From the IMG/VR virus record IMGVR_UViG_3300037311_000293: a DNA stretch of 64,000 nucleotides; one strand, 5' to 3'. This DNA is from a virus. The notes beneath the pieces are model-generated. The model saw only the letters and a program-made list of their open reading frames with translations, ran no database searches and was not told the DNA's origin. Below are positions 1 to 8,424 of the stretch, piece after piece; within the stretch, counting starts at the first letter, position 1, and every line of letters starts with the position of its first letter. The translations under genes and the position numbers were made by a program.

Positions 1-433
1 ACTGCTTGCGGACGTCGTGGACCCCATGGACCCTGCGGTATGGTTGCTTGTCGTTGCGAGCAACAGACATCCGGTGACTGAGTAGCTTGATCACCTCGAT
101 GGTCTCTGGTGTCCGTGCCTTTTCCGTGGCGCGGAAGACGTCGTCGAAGCTGTCGAGCACCACAGCAGTGAGCTCGGGCTTCAGCGTGCCAACGGAGTAG
201 TCGATCATCCATGTTTCCGCGGCCAGGAAAAACCTCGCTGCTGCGGGATCGAGGATGGCCTTGTCACGGGAGATCTCGGTTTTGGCGTTCTCATCAGATT
301 CTAGCCCGAAGAACACCGACACGTTCTGGATGCGGAGCGCACCGTATTCGTTGACGACTTGAACCCAGAGCACAGAGACCGTGTGATCCTTGATCAAGTT
401 GCACAATGCCTGTGCGGCTTCTGAAAAGCTCAT
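1..433 (-). CDS. hypothetical protein, 3' end runs off the window
   Basis: Hand translation MSFSEAAQALCNLIKDHTVSVLW... stays open to base 1; ATGA overlap with the stop of the upstream gene at 430-433. Confidence 0.7.
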   Translation of the reverse strand, partial: MSFSEAAQALCNLIKDHTVSVLWVQVVNEYGALRIQNVSVFFGLESDENAKTEISRDKAILDPAAARFFLAAETWMIDYSVGTLKPELTAVVLDSFDDVFRATEKARTPETIEVIKLLSHRMSVARNDKQPYRRVHGVHDVRKQ

Positions 434-1578
434 GTGCTCTCCTTGACGATGTAGTTGTGGTGGGCGACCGGCGTCGGCAGCTCGGCGCCTCTGATGTGTG
501 GCTCGATCCAGATCTTCTTCCGCTCGGCCCGCGCTTTGCCATGGGCCTGATTGCGCCAGTGCCCTCGAACCAGAGTTCGGTACGTCAGCGCCTCGCCGAC
601 ACCACCCTTGGCCACGGCCTCGCGGAAGACGGCAGATACCTCGACGCTGGTGCCGACGAGGAAGACTCGGTCATTCTTGAGCCGAGCAATACGATCTCTA
701 GTGACCTGCCTGAGTTGCTTCGGCTTCTTGCCTTGCATCAGCCGAGCGATTTCTTGCTCGTGCTGGAACACGACGTCGGCCTTCTCGGATGACATGTAGA
801 GGCAGAGATTGCAGACGAAGCGAAGAAGCGCGGCTCGTGCGTCCTCACCGGCGAGCTCGGTGTTGACGAGGCGGATGCGCATCGTCTTCGACCGTGTCGC
901 CCACTCGTCCTGAAGCGTCGGCGTGTTGTAGTGCAGGTGCATCCCCGCCGACACCTCAGCCGTAGGATCAGACGTATTGTAGACGAAGAAGGACCAACTG
1001 TCGTCGAAAGGGTTCTTCGACCGCTCGTTGGGCATTCCCTCCATCATCACGAGAAGGCGCTTACCCGGAAGGACGGCGGTGACAGAAGGATCACCCTGTG
1101 CCGCCCCCAGATCCACCGTTTCCTGCGTGATCTCCCCAGAGGCAATCGCCAGACTGCGGACTTCGTGGTATCGCGTAGTGCGATCGTAAGTCCACAAGAT
1201 CCCCGGAGGAATCTCGACACGAAAGCCCTCCATGGGTAGCCGGACATCACCGACTACCACACCCTTCATCTCAGTGGCCAAGAACTTGTAGGTCAGGCCC
1301 TCGCTGATCACAAACCAGTTCGTGGTTGGTGTCCGCATCCGCATACGAGCAGTCACCCAGCCCATGAGTGCGCTGTCGAAGTCCAGGTTAGGCCGCTGCT
1401 TCTTGACTTCTTCGTCGTGATAGAGCGCGCTGAACCACGAGGGTCCGCCGTTGTCGAGAAGTTTCCCGAACGCTTTGATCGAGATCAGGTCTTTGAGCTC
1501 CACAAGATCTCGGTGGAATGCTTGCTTGCGCTTCCACTTGTCTTCGATCCTGCTCTGTAGCGTCTCGAAATCAGCCAT
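430..1578 (-). CDS. phage hypothetical protein with C-terminal VRGHWRNQ...IWIEPHIRG motif
   Basis: Long ORF; start moved to MADFE (GAGGAG RBS); this C-terminal motif is common in phage hypotheticals. Confidence 0.75.
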   Translation of the reverse strand: MADFETLQSRIEDKWKRKQAFHRDLVELKDLISIKAFGKLLDNGGPSWFSALYHDEEVKKQRPNLDFDSALMGWVTARMRMRTPTTNWFVISEGLTYKFLATEMKGVVVGDVRLPMEGFRVEIPPGILWTYDRTTRYHEVRSLAIASGEITQETVDLGAAQGDPSVTAVLPGKRLLVMMEGMPNERSKNPFDDSWSFFVYNTSDPTAEVSAGMHLHYNTPTLQDEWATRSKTMRIRLVNTELAGEDARAALLRFVCNLCLYMSSEKADVVFQHEQEIARLMQGKKPKQLRQVTRDRIARLKNDRVFLVGTSVEVSAVFREAVAKGGVGEALTYRTLVRGHWRNQAHGKARAERKKIWIEPHIRGAELPTPVAHHNYIVKEST

Positions 1579-1595
1579 GTATCTCTCCTCACAGG

Positions 1596-1602
1596 CTGAT
1601 AG
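1596..1602 (-). promoter_or_regulatory. CTATNAG promoter-like motif (CTATCAG)
   Basis: Intergenic, 17 nt upstream of ATG 1578, directly after a terminator U-tract. Confidence 0.6.
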
Positions 1603-1606
1603 GGGC

Positions 1607-1630
1607 AAAAGAGAGGCGTATTGCCTCTCT
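1607..1630 (-). terminator. intrinsic terminator
   Basis: AGAGAGGC/GCCTCTCT stem followed by TTTT on the minus strand. Confidence 0.65.
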
Positions 1631-1633
1631 GGA

Positions 1634-1870
1634 TCAGAGGATCTTGTAGATGACAAGACCGTGCGACACGCGCTTGGTGAGCTCCTCAACAAGAAGGTCC
1701 CGCTGATCACGCAAAGAACGCAGCATGAGGGATATGGTGTCTTGTGGTGTCAAGCCATCACGCACGGCGATCTCGAAGACGTTGCGTAATATGGCGTCTC
1801 GATTCAGATCGTTTTCCGTAATGCCGTACGCCATCAGTTCCGCGAAAAGGCGTTCTCGGCACTCTACCAC
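1634..1870 (-). CDS. hypothetical protein
   Basis: 78-aa ORF tightly packed between neighbours in a minus-strand operon. Confidence 0.6.
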   Translation of the reverse strand: MVECRERLFAELMAYGITENDLNRDAILRNVFEIAVRDGLTPQDTISLMLRSLRDQRDLLVEELTKRVSHGLVIYKIL

Positions 1871-2229
1871 AGATCCTCCGTGGTCAATCTTCCTGGTGAG
1901 AGCTCCTGAGACTGGCGTAGCTGACCGGCGACGCGTGCAAGACCGAGGGCTTCTTCACGAGACACCCAACGACCCCGTGACGTCATGAAGCCCTGCATGT
2001 TCAACCGAATGCCTGCGACCCATGACTGCCCGTGATGGGCCAATGCGTAGGCATGGATCAGAACGTGATGCCGTGCTGGGCGCGGAAGCGTCCAGATCAC
2101 ACCATCGACGAGCAACGCCGCCGTGGTGATCATCTCCGGTGTCTTTTGTTGAAGACAGTGGTTGCACAGTCGCTTGAGCGTCCTGCAATGGCACTTGTTG
2201 TAGATCAGACTTTCGTCCTCGAGATTCAT
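1864..2229 (-). CDS. conserved phage protein (RHH...QGF.TS.GR.V.R.EA...EDLW type)
   Basis: Motif pattern typical of a widespread small phage family; ATGA-coupled start at 2229. Confidence 0.7.
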   Translation of the reverse strand: MNLEDESLIYNKCHCRTLKRLCNHCLQQKTPEMITTAALLVDGVIWTLPRPARHHVLIHAYALAHHGQSWVAGIRLNMQGFMTSRGRWVSREEALGLARVAGQLRQSQELSPGRLTTEDLW

Positions 2230-2696
2230 CTGTAAGCCTCCAAAGCCCGTTTGTATGCACGAAGAAGCGGACGCACCCGACGCAGCGGCAACAACCCGAG
2301 ACGCGTGAGATCGGCGATGACACGCTGAGGCTCCGTTGTACCATCGAGCCAACTGTGATCCATGAAGACGCCGTTCACGGCATCAGGCGGAGATTCAACA
2401 CGGACCAAGAACTCGATGCCTAGCAGTGACGCGCGCTCTTCTTCGTCCAATGCCGTGCGTGCGGACACCTCGCCACCTTCGCCCGCGGGGCTGCCAAGAC
2501 CGAAGTGTTTCTTCATCCGACGAGACGGTGGCGCAGCGACCCAATGACCCATCTCATGGGCCAGGTCTTCTACGCGATCGGCGAGATGCCCGACTCCCGG
2601 AAGAAAGCCGGGCCAGGGACCATAAGCCCAGCGAACTCCAATACGCCTGGCCAGTTGCTGCAACCGAAGTCCATCTGCTCTGTTGAGATCGTCCAT
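2226..2696 (-). CDS. HExxH protein resembling the EF-P hydroxylase (EpmC/YfcM)-like family
   Basis: HEMGHWVAAPPSRR..FGLG and EEERASLLGI segments. Confidence 0.5.
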   Translation of the reverse strand: MDDLNRADGLRLQQLARRIGVRWAYGPWPGFLPGVGHLADRVEDLAHEMGHWVAAPPSRRMKKHFGLGSPAGEGGEVSARTALDEEERASLLGIEFLVRVESPPDAVNGVFMDHSWLDGTTEPQRVIADLTRLGLLPLRRVRPLLRAYKRALEAYR

Positions 2697-2697
2697 C

Positions 2698-3069
2698 CTA
2701 CACCGCGCGCAGCTTCGGTCGCTTCGGTTTATCTGGTTCCGTCTCGGCGAAGGTGATGATGAGCTTCGGCGCGTGATACGTGTTCTGATCGCCGGCGCTA
2801 GCGTACGCCATGAAGCGGATGACGCCCTCCCATTTCACCGTGACCGGACGAGCCACACCGCCGAACGACACGCCGTGAAGTACGAGAAGATCGTCAGTGA
2901 TCTGGATGTCGACGGGACGAACCATACCGTGACCGGTGTGAAGCGCGATCTCCTCGGCCGGGTTCTTGTTCTCCGGCAACCCCGTCGCTGCCGCAGTCTT
3001 GATGAGCAAGAGCCCAAAGGGTACGTCTTGACTAAAGGCTTGAAAGAAAGCCTTGGCGCTGATCTGCAT
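2698..3069 (-). CDS. SspB-like ClpXP adaptor protein
   Basis: DIQITDD...VSFGGVARPVTVKW core plus C-terminal RPKLRAV tail resembling the SspB ClpX-binding tail (LRVVK). Confidence 0.5.
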   Translation of the reverse strand: MQISAKAFFQAFSQDVPFGLLLIKTAAATGLPENKNPAEEIALHTGHGMVRPVDIQITDDLLVLHGVSFGGVARPVTVKWEGVIRFMAYASAGDQNTYHAPKLIITFAETEPDKPKRPKLRAV

Positions 3070-3461
3070 CACTCCTCCTCCCTGTCTTCTGCCCACTTCG
3101 TCACGAACATGTTCACCACCCCGCGCTGAGCGAAGAACAGAACCAGGCTGCTCTGTTCGGTGAACCACTTCATGAAGACTTCCTGCGATCTCAGGTCGTT
3201 CACCCACTGCGGTACTGTGACGTGATCGGTGACCCACGTGTTGTCTGCGCGAAGACACGCAACCTCAAGGAGCACTACAGGCATGTGGTAGAACGACGTG
3301 TTCTCACGCACCTGATCAAGCAAGTTGTCGACCTCTGCCAGCACACGCCGTGTCACGCGCGTAGACTGATTCGGTGTGATCGACAGACCGCGATACTTCT
3401 CTTTGTAGTGCTTCAACGAACGAGTGATATCGGAGATCATTTGCGTAGCTCGGCTAGCCAT
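3069..3461 (-). CDS. hypothetical protein
   Basis: 130-aa ORF with RBS, coupled to neighbours. Confidence 0.7.
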   Translation of the reverse strand: MASRATQMISDITRSLKHYKEKYRGLSITPNQSTRVTRRVLAEVDNLLDQVRENTSFYHMPVVLLEVACLRADNTWVTDHVTVPQWVNDLRSQEVFMKWFTEQSSLVLFFAQRGVVNMFVTKWAEDREEE

Positions 3462-3630
3462 CGTCCTCCTCGAGATCCAGTTGCTTGTTTTGTCGTATAA
3501 TGATCATCAACGGCTTACCGCAGCGCATCACAACGACGCGACCCCGCTTGGCAAGCCGGATTGCCGATACGGGGTCTGAGAGGAACTCTTCCTCAGTGAT
3601 CGTGATCTCAGAGCTTCCGTCGTCCGACAT
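3454..3630 (-). CDS. Phd/YefM-like small protein (orphan antitoxin-like)
   Basis: ITEEEFLSDPVSAIRLAKRGRVVVMRCGKP matches the Phd N-terminal pattern. Confidence 0.5.
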   Translation of the reverse strand: MSDDGSSEITITEEEFLSDPVSAIRLAKRGRVVVMRCGKPLMIIIRQNKQLDLEEDDG

Positions 3631-4732
3631 GAAAGGTCTTGACCTTGCCGAAACGAGGGATGCCATCCGGCGTGCGTTGGGCGAAGTACTTCACGGTGGC
3701 CTGCCCGCCGATGTACTCGGCGCGTCGGCGCAAGATGTCTTTGCGCTCGGCAACGGTGCCTGTGATGTCAGCCTTGAAGATGACATCGGGATTGGTGTCG
3801 AGCCGAAGATGAGCGATCTTGGCGCCCCCGGCGGCGTTACCGACCCCTTCTTCGATGTCGACCACAACGAACTCGGAGTCCACGAACTCCTTACGCTTCA
3901 GCAGTAGCGAACTTCGCTTCTGCTCGTAAGGCCCGCTGATCCTGATCATCTGACCCTCGTAACCCGCATCGAGGTAGCTGGCGTAGTAGGCGTCGAGCTC
4001 GTCTCGGTCGTGGACTACTGCGGTGCTCACCGCAACCATTCCGGTGAGGTTCGCGACCTCGTGTGCGGACTGGATACGCGCATGAGTGGATTCCTCCCCG
4101 GCGCTGCCGGCGACGTCGAAGATGTGGTATTCGATCATCTCCTCGGAGTTGCGGATGTCGAGATCTGTGAGCTTCGTCTTCTTCGTCAAGCTGACGATGG
4201 CGTTGAAGTCCTCGCGAAGATCGTGGTTGTAGAGCTCGCCGTCGATGATGAGTCCCGGCCGGCTGCGGAATACTGGACGCAGCGCCTCCATGATGTGGGG
4301 CGTCGCCACGATCGGGTTACCGAGACGACTGAACAGCCCCGATGACGTAGCGATGCAGCGAATGCCGTCGAGCTTGGGTTGAACCAGCACGTACGATCCC
4401 GAGCAATGCGCGACCCACACTTTGTCATGATAGTCGTCGTAGTTCTTGGCCAACATGGGCTTGAACTTAGTGGACGCCTCGGCTTCCCCGATGCTGGGGA
4501 GATAGCCTTCCTTGGTCTTCTTGGTGTAGTTGGAGTCGACCTCCAACGACGCCTGCTGGATCGGGGTGGTCTCGTTGCTGCGGCCGACGTTCTTGGCTTG
4601 AGCCTCCGTCCACGCCGAGGTCACGATCTGCCCGCCGACCTGTCCACTATGCGTGCGGTAGCGGTGGCCCTGTTGCTCTTGCCACCACACCTGAACCGCG
4701 CCTGTTGCCGTCTTCTTGTAGAGCTTGTGCAT
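3608..4732 (-). CDS. lig: ATP-dependent DNA ligase with N-terminal WGR-like domain
   Basis: QPKLDGIR motif I, DGELY, EGQMIR, LLKRK; start MHKLYKK with RBS. Confidence 0.92.
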   Translation of the reverse strand: MHKLYKKTATGAVQVWWQEQQGHRYRTHSGQVGGQIVTSAWTEAQAKNVGRSNETTPIQQASLEVDSNYTKKTKEGYLPSIGEAEASTKFKPMLAKNYDDYHDKVWVAHCSGSYVLVQPKLDGIRCIATSSGLFSRLGNPIVATPHIMEALRPVFRSRPGLIIDGELYNHDLREDFNAIVSLTKKTKLTDLDIRNSEEMIEYHIFDVAGSAGEESTHARIQSAHEVANLTGMVAVSTAVVHDRDELDAYYASYLDAGYEGQMIRISGPYEQKRSSLLLKRKEFVDSEFVVVDIEEGVGNAAGGAKIAHLRLDTNPDVIFKADITGTVAERKDILRRRAEYIGGQATVKYFAQRTPDGIPRFGKVKTFHVGRRKL

Positions 4733-4745
4733 GTGTCCTCGGGAT

Positions 4746-4752
4746 CTTATAG
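4746..4752 (-). promoter_or_regulatory. CTATNAG motif (GCCTATAAGAT)
   Basis: 13 nt upstream of the ligase ATG. Confidence 0.6.
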
Positions 4753-4755
4753 GCC

Positions 4756-4786
4756 AAAAGAAAAGGGCGGGATTTCTCCCGCCCTT
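4756..4786 (-). terminator. intrinsic terminator
   Basis: AAGGGCGGGA/TCCCGCCCTT stem plus TTTTCTTTT. Confidence 0.8.
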
Positions 4787-4805
4787 GTTCTCGAGCTCGC
4801 TGGAC

Positions 4806-5144
4806 TCAGCCCTCTTCGCCCTCGACCACCTGACGCTCGGCGCGCGCCTTCTTCGCCTTGGCCGGCTTGGTCTTCTTCGCCGGCTTCGACTTGGTCGCCG
4901 GCTTCGCCTTCTCGGCCTTCGCCTTGGCGGGCTTGGTGGCCTTCGCCTTGGCCGGCTTGGCCTTCTTCGCCGCGCGCTTGGACGCGCCACCGCTGGCCTT
5001 GCTCGAGTACTTCGTGCTCGCGAGATGACGCGAGACGCCCGTGGCGAGAAGGCGGCGCTTTGCCTCCGCCGGGGTGATCTCCCGCTCCTTCGCGTACTGC
5101 TCGACGAACTTCTCGACTTCGGCCGTGCTCAACTCTCGGGGCAT
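4806..5144 (-). CDS. histone H1-like basic protein
   Basis: Lys/Ala/Pro-rich KPAK repeats; strong AGGAGG RBS; own promoter and terminator. Confidence 0.75.
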   Translation of the reverse strand: MPRELSTAEVEKFVEQYAKEREITPAEAKRRLLATGVSRHLASTKYSSKASGGASKRAAKKAKPAKAKATKPAKAKAEKAKPATKSKPAKKTKPAKAKKARAERQVVEGEEG

Positions 5145-5186
5145 GTGCTTCCTCCTGTAGAAGGACAGCAGATCGCTGTCCCAGAT

Positions 5187-5193
5187 CTCATAG
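5187..5193 (-). promoter_or_regulatory. CTATNAG motif (CTATGAG) followed by a 5' hairpin
   Basis: Intergenic; GGACAGC/GCTGTCC stem lies just downstream. Confidence 0.55.
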
Positions 5194-5212
5194 ACGGATC
5201 AGAGGTCTTACT

Positions 5213-5446
5213 CTACACACCCCGGATCTGGGCGCAAGACCTTTTGTGCGGATCGGTCAAAAATCCTCCGGATCGTCTTCGTCCTCGTCCCCCAGCATCG
5301 TCGAGCTCTTCGGCATCCAGGTTGTCGTCGATGTGCTCGGCGACGTGAGACCAGAACTCTGCGAACGTCAGATCCTCCTCATCGAAGTCCTCGAGAACGG
5401 TATCGATGATCTGGTGCATCCGCTTGGTAAACACGTGTTTCTTCAT
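5213..5446 (-). CDS. acidic hypothetical protein
   Basis: 77-aa ORF, ATGA-coupled. Confidence 0.65.
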   Translation of the reverse strand: MKKHVFTKRMHQIIDTVLEDFDEEDLTFAEFWSHVAEHIDDNLDAEELDDAGGRGRRRSGGFLTDPHKRSCAQIRGV

Positions 5447-5787
5447 GATTGTCCCCGTAGTAGTTGTGATGCCCGCGCCAGCGTCTCGTACAGATCTGGG
5501 AGCGGCGGACCCGCTGATACTACAAGCGCAGCGAAGTCCACAACGGCGGCGCGACCCGTGCGGTAGAGGTCAAAGGAGGCGTGAAGAACAGCTACCGGCC
5601 GACCCTGCGCCGTAGACCTGGAGAACGCAGCGGCGTACGACTTCCCCGCCACGAGCTCGAGCGCTAGGTCTTGCTCAACCCAAAGCAGCGGGGCAGCAAC
5701 GATACGGTGGTCCTTGTAATCGACCCACCGTGCTTGATCTGCCCACGCCACCTTGTTCGGTCCGGCGAACAGCTCGAGCTCATTCAT
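5443..5787 (-). CDS. hypothetical protein
   Basis: ORF coupled to neighbours; start MNELELF. Confidence 0.65.
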   Translation of the reverse strand: MNELELFAGPNKVAWADQARWVDYKDHRIVAAPLLWVEQDLALELVAGKSYAAAFSRSTAQGRPVAVLHASFDLYRTGRAAVVDFAALVVSAGPPLPDLYETLARASQLLRGQS

Positions 5788-5983
5788 CGGAAACCCCAGA
5801 AGGCTCGTTCTGAATCTCAAGCCGGGCCGCCCCGCACCGGATGCAAGACGCTGTCTCTGCGCCGAACCCGCTAGTCACCAGAAGAAGCGTCCCCTTCCTG
5901 AACGCCGGATTCGGGTACGCCAAGATCTTCTTCTTGGCTCCGCATTTCTGGCACTTGAGCTCCATATGGTACCTGTAGTCCAT
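5780..5983 (-). CDS. small Zn-ribbon protein
   Basis: CQKC...CIRC. Confidence 0.6.
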   Translation of the reverse strand: MDYRYHMELKCQKCGAKKKILAYPNPAFRKGTLLLVTSGFGAETASCIRCGAARLEIQNEPSGVSDE

Positions 5984-6524
5984 AGATAGTCCCCGAGATC
6001 ACTTTCTGTTCGAGCCAGGTCAGTGATACTTCGAGTGCCTGCGCATGTCTACGTCGGAGCTCGACTTCTACGCTCGAGGCCTGTGCTGCGCATGTTGAGC
6101 ACAGCAAGACCTTTCTCCAGATCGTAGTGTTGGCCGCGGTCAGCGGTACCTTACAGCTCATGCAGTCCACGTCGAGGCCTCTCTCTTCCTTGATCTCGCC
6201 GACTGCGGCGAGAAGATAAGGATACGTCGAGACCCGATCGACCTTCATCGAGAAACGACCAGCATGGCCGATCAGATCTGCGCGCACTATACCCAAGACG
6301 TCAAAGACTTGCTGAGGAATGGCTGCAAGTGACGCATCTGGGCGCCCTTGTTCCGCCGCCTTCTGTAGAAGCGAGCGTCGAGGTATCTCTGGCAAGTTGA
6401 TCAGCAACCGATAATCAAACCCCTTCTTGTCCAGAGCGTGAAGAAGAAGGGCTTTGAACATCTTCACATGGAGATCGAAGGGATCGAAAGGCCCGGAGAG
6501 GTCACCACCAGTCGTAGCGCTCAT
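5871..6524 (-). CDS. hypothetical protein with Zn finger
   Basis: CMSC...CSTC; C-terminus overlaps the next ORF. Confidence 0.65.
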   Translation of the reverse strand: MSATTGGDLSGPFDPFDLHVKMFKALLLHALDKKGFDYRLLINLPEIPRRSLLQKAAEQGRPDASLAAIPQQVFDVLGIVRADLIGHAGRFSMKVDRVSTYPYLLAAVGEIKEERGLDVDCMSCKVPLTAANTTIWRKVLLCSTCAAQASSVEVELRRRHAQALEVSLTWLEQKVISGTIYGLQVPYGAQVPEMRSQEEDLGVPESGVQEGDASSGD

Positions 6525-6786
6525 ACGCCAGCCTCACTGCCGAGATGTGAATGAACGCCTGCTCTGCCGGCAACCCCTCTGGGTACTCCAGTCCTGCCCA
6601 CCGAAAGACCTGACGTGTTGTAGTGAACGGGTCATCCCAATCCGGAGAATGACCCACGCAGTCGTTCCAAACGACCCAGCTACCCCAGCGTTCCTTCAGG
6701 AGCTCGATGTACACCACAGCATGGGCGTAGAGAACAGCCGTGGCGCTGTCGTAGCTCAGCCCAGACTGCTCATCACCGAGTCGCAT
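6502..6786 (-). CDS. hypothetical protein
   Basis: 94-aa Trp-rich ORF filling the gap between operon genes. Confidence 0.55.
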   Translation of the reverse strand: MRLGDEQSGLSYDSATAVLYAHAVVYIELLKERWGSWVVWNDCVGHSPDWDDPFTTTRQVFRWAGLEYPEGLPAEQAFIHISAVRLAYERYDWW

Positions 6787-7316
6787 GTTGTCCGAAACCG
6801 CTCGATCAGGCGCTTCACTCTGTCGTCGGTCGTGTCCTCTGCCGCCATGACAACGCGGAAGGCGTCCCTGACGTAGCTCTTGCGAGCGTTCACGCCCCAG
6901 GACGGGGGCTCCGAGATCATGCCACCGACGTTCGACATCTTGTCTGCGATCTTCACCGCTCGCGCCGAGTCATTCATGTGACCCATCATCGTGATCTGAT
7001 GCTGAGCCTTTGCGGCGTAGTCGTTCTGCAATGCAGGCGGAAGAGTCAGCCACTCGACCTCAAGTGCCACCTCGCCACCAAATGACTCCTTGATGTGCGA
7101 CAACGGGACATGGGTGTCCTCGACGACGTCGTGGAGAAGAGCCACGATGACAGTGTGATCAGGAAACCCTTCTTCGGCAACGATCTGTCCGACCTCGAAA
7201 CAGTGCGAGACGTACGGAATCTTCCGCTTGGTGATCGGGTCGTAGTGATCCACGCTGCGGTACTGGCCCTGATGCGCGCGGGCCGCAAGACGCGCTGCCT
7301 TCATGACGTCTTTCAT
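6756..7316 (-). CDS. HD-domain small alarmone hydrolase ((p)ppGpp hydrolase, Mesh1/SpoT-HD-like)
   Basis: AARAHQGQYR, PYVSH, ALLHDVVEDT, VKIADKMSN motifs. Confidence 0.85.
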   Translation of the reverse strand: MKDVMKAARLAARAHQGQYRSVDHYDPITKRKIPYVSHCFEVGQIVAEEGFPDHTVIVALLHDVVEDTHVPLSHIKESFGGEVALEVEWLTLPPALQNDYAAKAQHQITMMGHMNDSARAVKIADKMSNVGGMISEPPSWGVNARKSYVRDAFRVVMAAEDTTDDRVKRLIERFRTTCDSVMSSLG

Positions 7317-7660
7317 GCGTCCTCCTTCTTGGTGGACAACAAAGCGTTGAGTAGGGTTCCTCCCATCGACTGTGTCGCCGTTCCCTTGAGCTTCTTCTTG
7401 CCGTTGGCGAATCGGACGTGGGTGTCCGACGACGCATGCCTGATGAGATCGAGAATCTCGACGATCCTGTCATCCGGAAGATGACTCATGGGCTGGAACC
7501 CATCTGCGGTCAGGCGCCCGATCCTGTAGCTGTAGATCGGCTTGTCCATTTTGGTTCGCTGATCGAACACGAATGCCACGCTCACGCGACACACTACCCG
7601 CCACTTCAGGTGCTCGGGTCCCGTGTAGTCCAAGAAATCTTTCCACTCCAACTTTCTCAT
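7313..7660 (-). CDS. hypothetical protein
   Basis: ATGA-coupled on both sides; start MRKLEW. Confidence 0.65.
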   Translation of the reverse strand: MRKLEWKDFLDYTGPEHLKWRVVCRVSVAFVFDQRTKMDKPIYSYRIGRLTADGFQPMSHLPDDRIVEILDLIRHASSDTHVRFANGKKKLKGTATQSMGGTLLNALLSTKKEDA

Positions 7661-8424
7661 CGCCTTGCTCCTCGGGGGTATCCCCACGCCCAGATGTTCC
7701 ATCCTGCCCGTCGCTTGGACTCCAGCTTCCAGTCCTCGCGTGCGGCAAAGAAGCCCTCCCAGATATCGAGGGCGAATCGACAACTACGCGGAAACTTCTC
7801 CATCTCCTCCCAGACATCACCACAGATCACGTCGGCACCGTACTTCTTGCAAAGGTCGTTGCCGAACCAATCCAAGAGCTCTCTATTCTTCTCGATGACT
7901 GTGATCTTCTTCACCACCGAGCGCTTCTGCACCTCGTGAAGAAACCACCCCATCCCGAGCCCACCAATCACTACGTGATCACGGGAGAAGCGGATACCAC
8001 TCTGTTGAGACAAGATCTCAGCAGGGGTGAGACTCATCCACGTACTGCCCCCAAGCTGAAGACACGGAAAGACAATGTCTTCGGTGAAGAAGACATAGGG
8101 ATGGTGATCTGTCCGATGATCGAGAGGCATCGACAATGCCACACCCCTGGGGAGCTTGAGGGTCCGTACAGTGATGTCGCCATAGTCCAGGTAAGTGCCT
8201 TCTCTGTGATCCATCGGATTCGATGATATCACCTCCGTCTTGAGCGGGAACTCGAAGTCCGAAACGTATGTCTCGGCACGTACCAGGATGTCCCCGCGTG
8301 GCGCCTTCATCTTAGGGTTCCAGTCGATCTCCTCCTTGTTCTTGATCAGCATCTCGAAGCGGCGTTGCAGCATCGTAGCGCGACGTTCGCCTGTAGGATC
8401 TGAGAGCCACGAGTACATCATCAT
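7657..8424 (-). CDS. SAM-dependent methyltransferase / spermidine-synthase-like fold protein
   Basis: WMSLTPAE, VVIGGLGMG motif I, ITVIEK, ICGD. Confidence 0.75.
   Translation of the reverse strand: MMMYSWLSDPTGERRATMLQRRFEMLIKNKEEIDWNPKMKAPRGDILVRAETYVSDFEFPLKTEVISSNPMDHREGTYLDYGDITVRTLKLPRGVALSMPLDHRTDHHPYVFFTEDIVFPCLQLGGSTWMSLTPAEILSQQSGIRFSRDHVVIGGLGMGWFLHEVQKRSVVKKITVIEKNRELLDWFGNDLCKKYGADVICGDVWEEMEKFPRSCRFALDIWEGFFAAREDWKLESKRRAGWNIWAWGYPRGARR

Noticed and set aside
3454-3630. Complete toxin-antitoxin operon
   Set aside because: Neither neighbour (ligase, 130-aa hypothetical) shows toxin motifs; it is reported only as an orphan Phd-like gene.
3608-4990. 460-aa ligase with an Arg/Pro-rich N-terminus
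   Set aside because: The extension crosses a terminator and another frame of the H1-like gene; the RBS supports a start at 4732.
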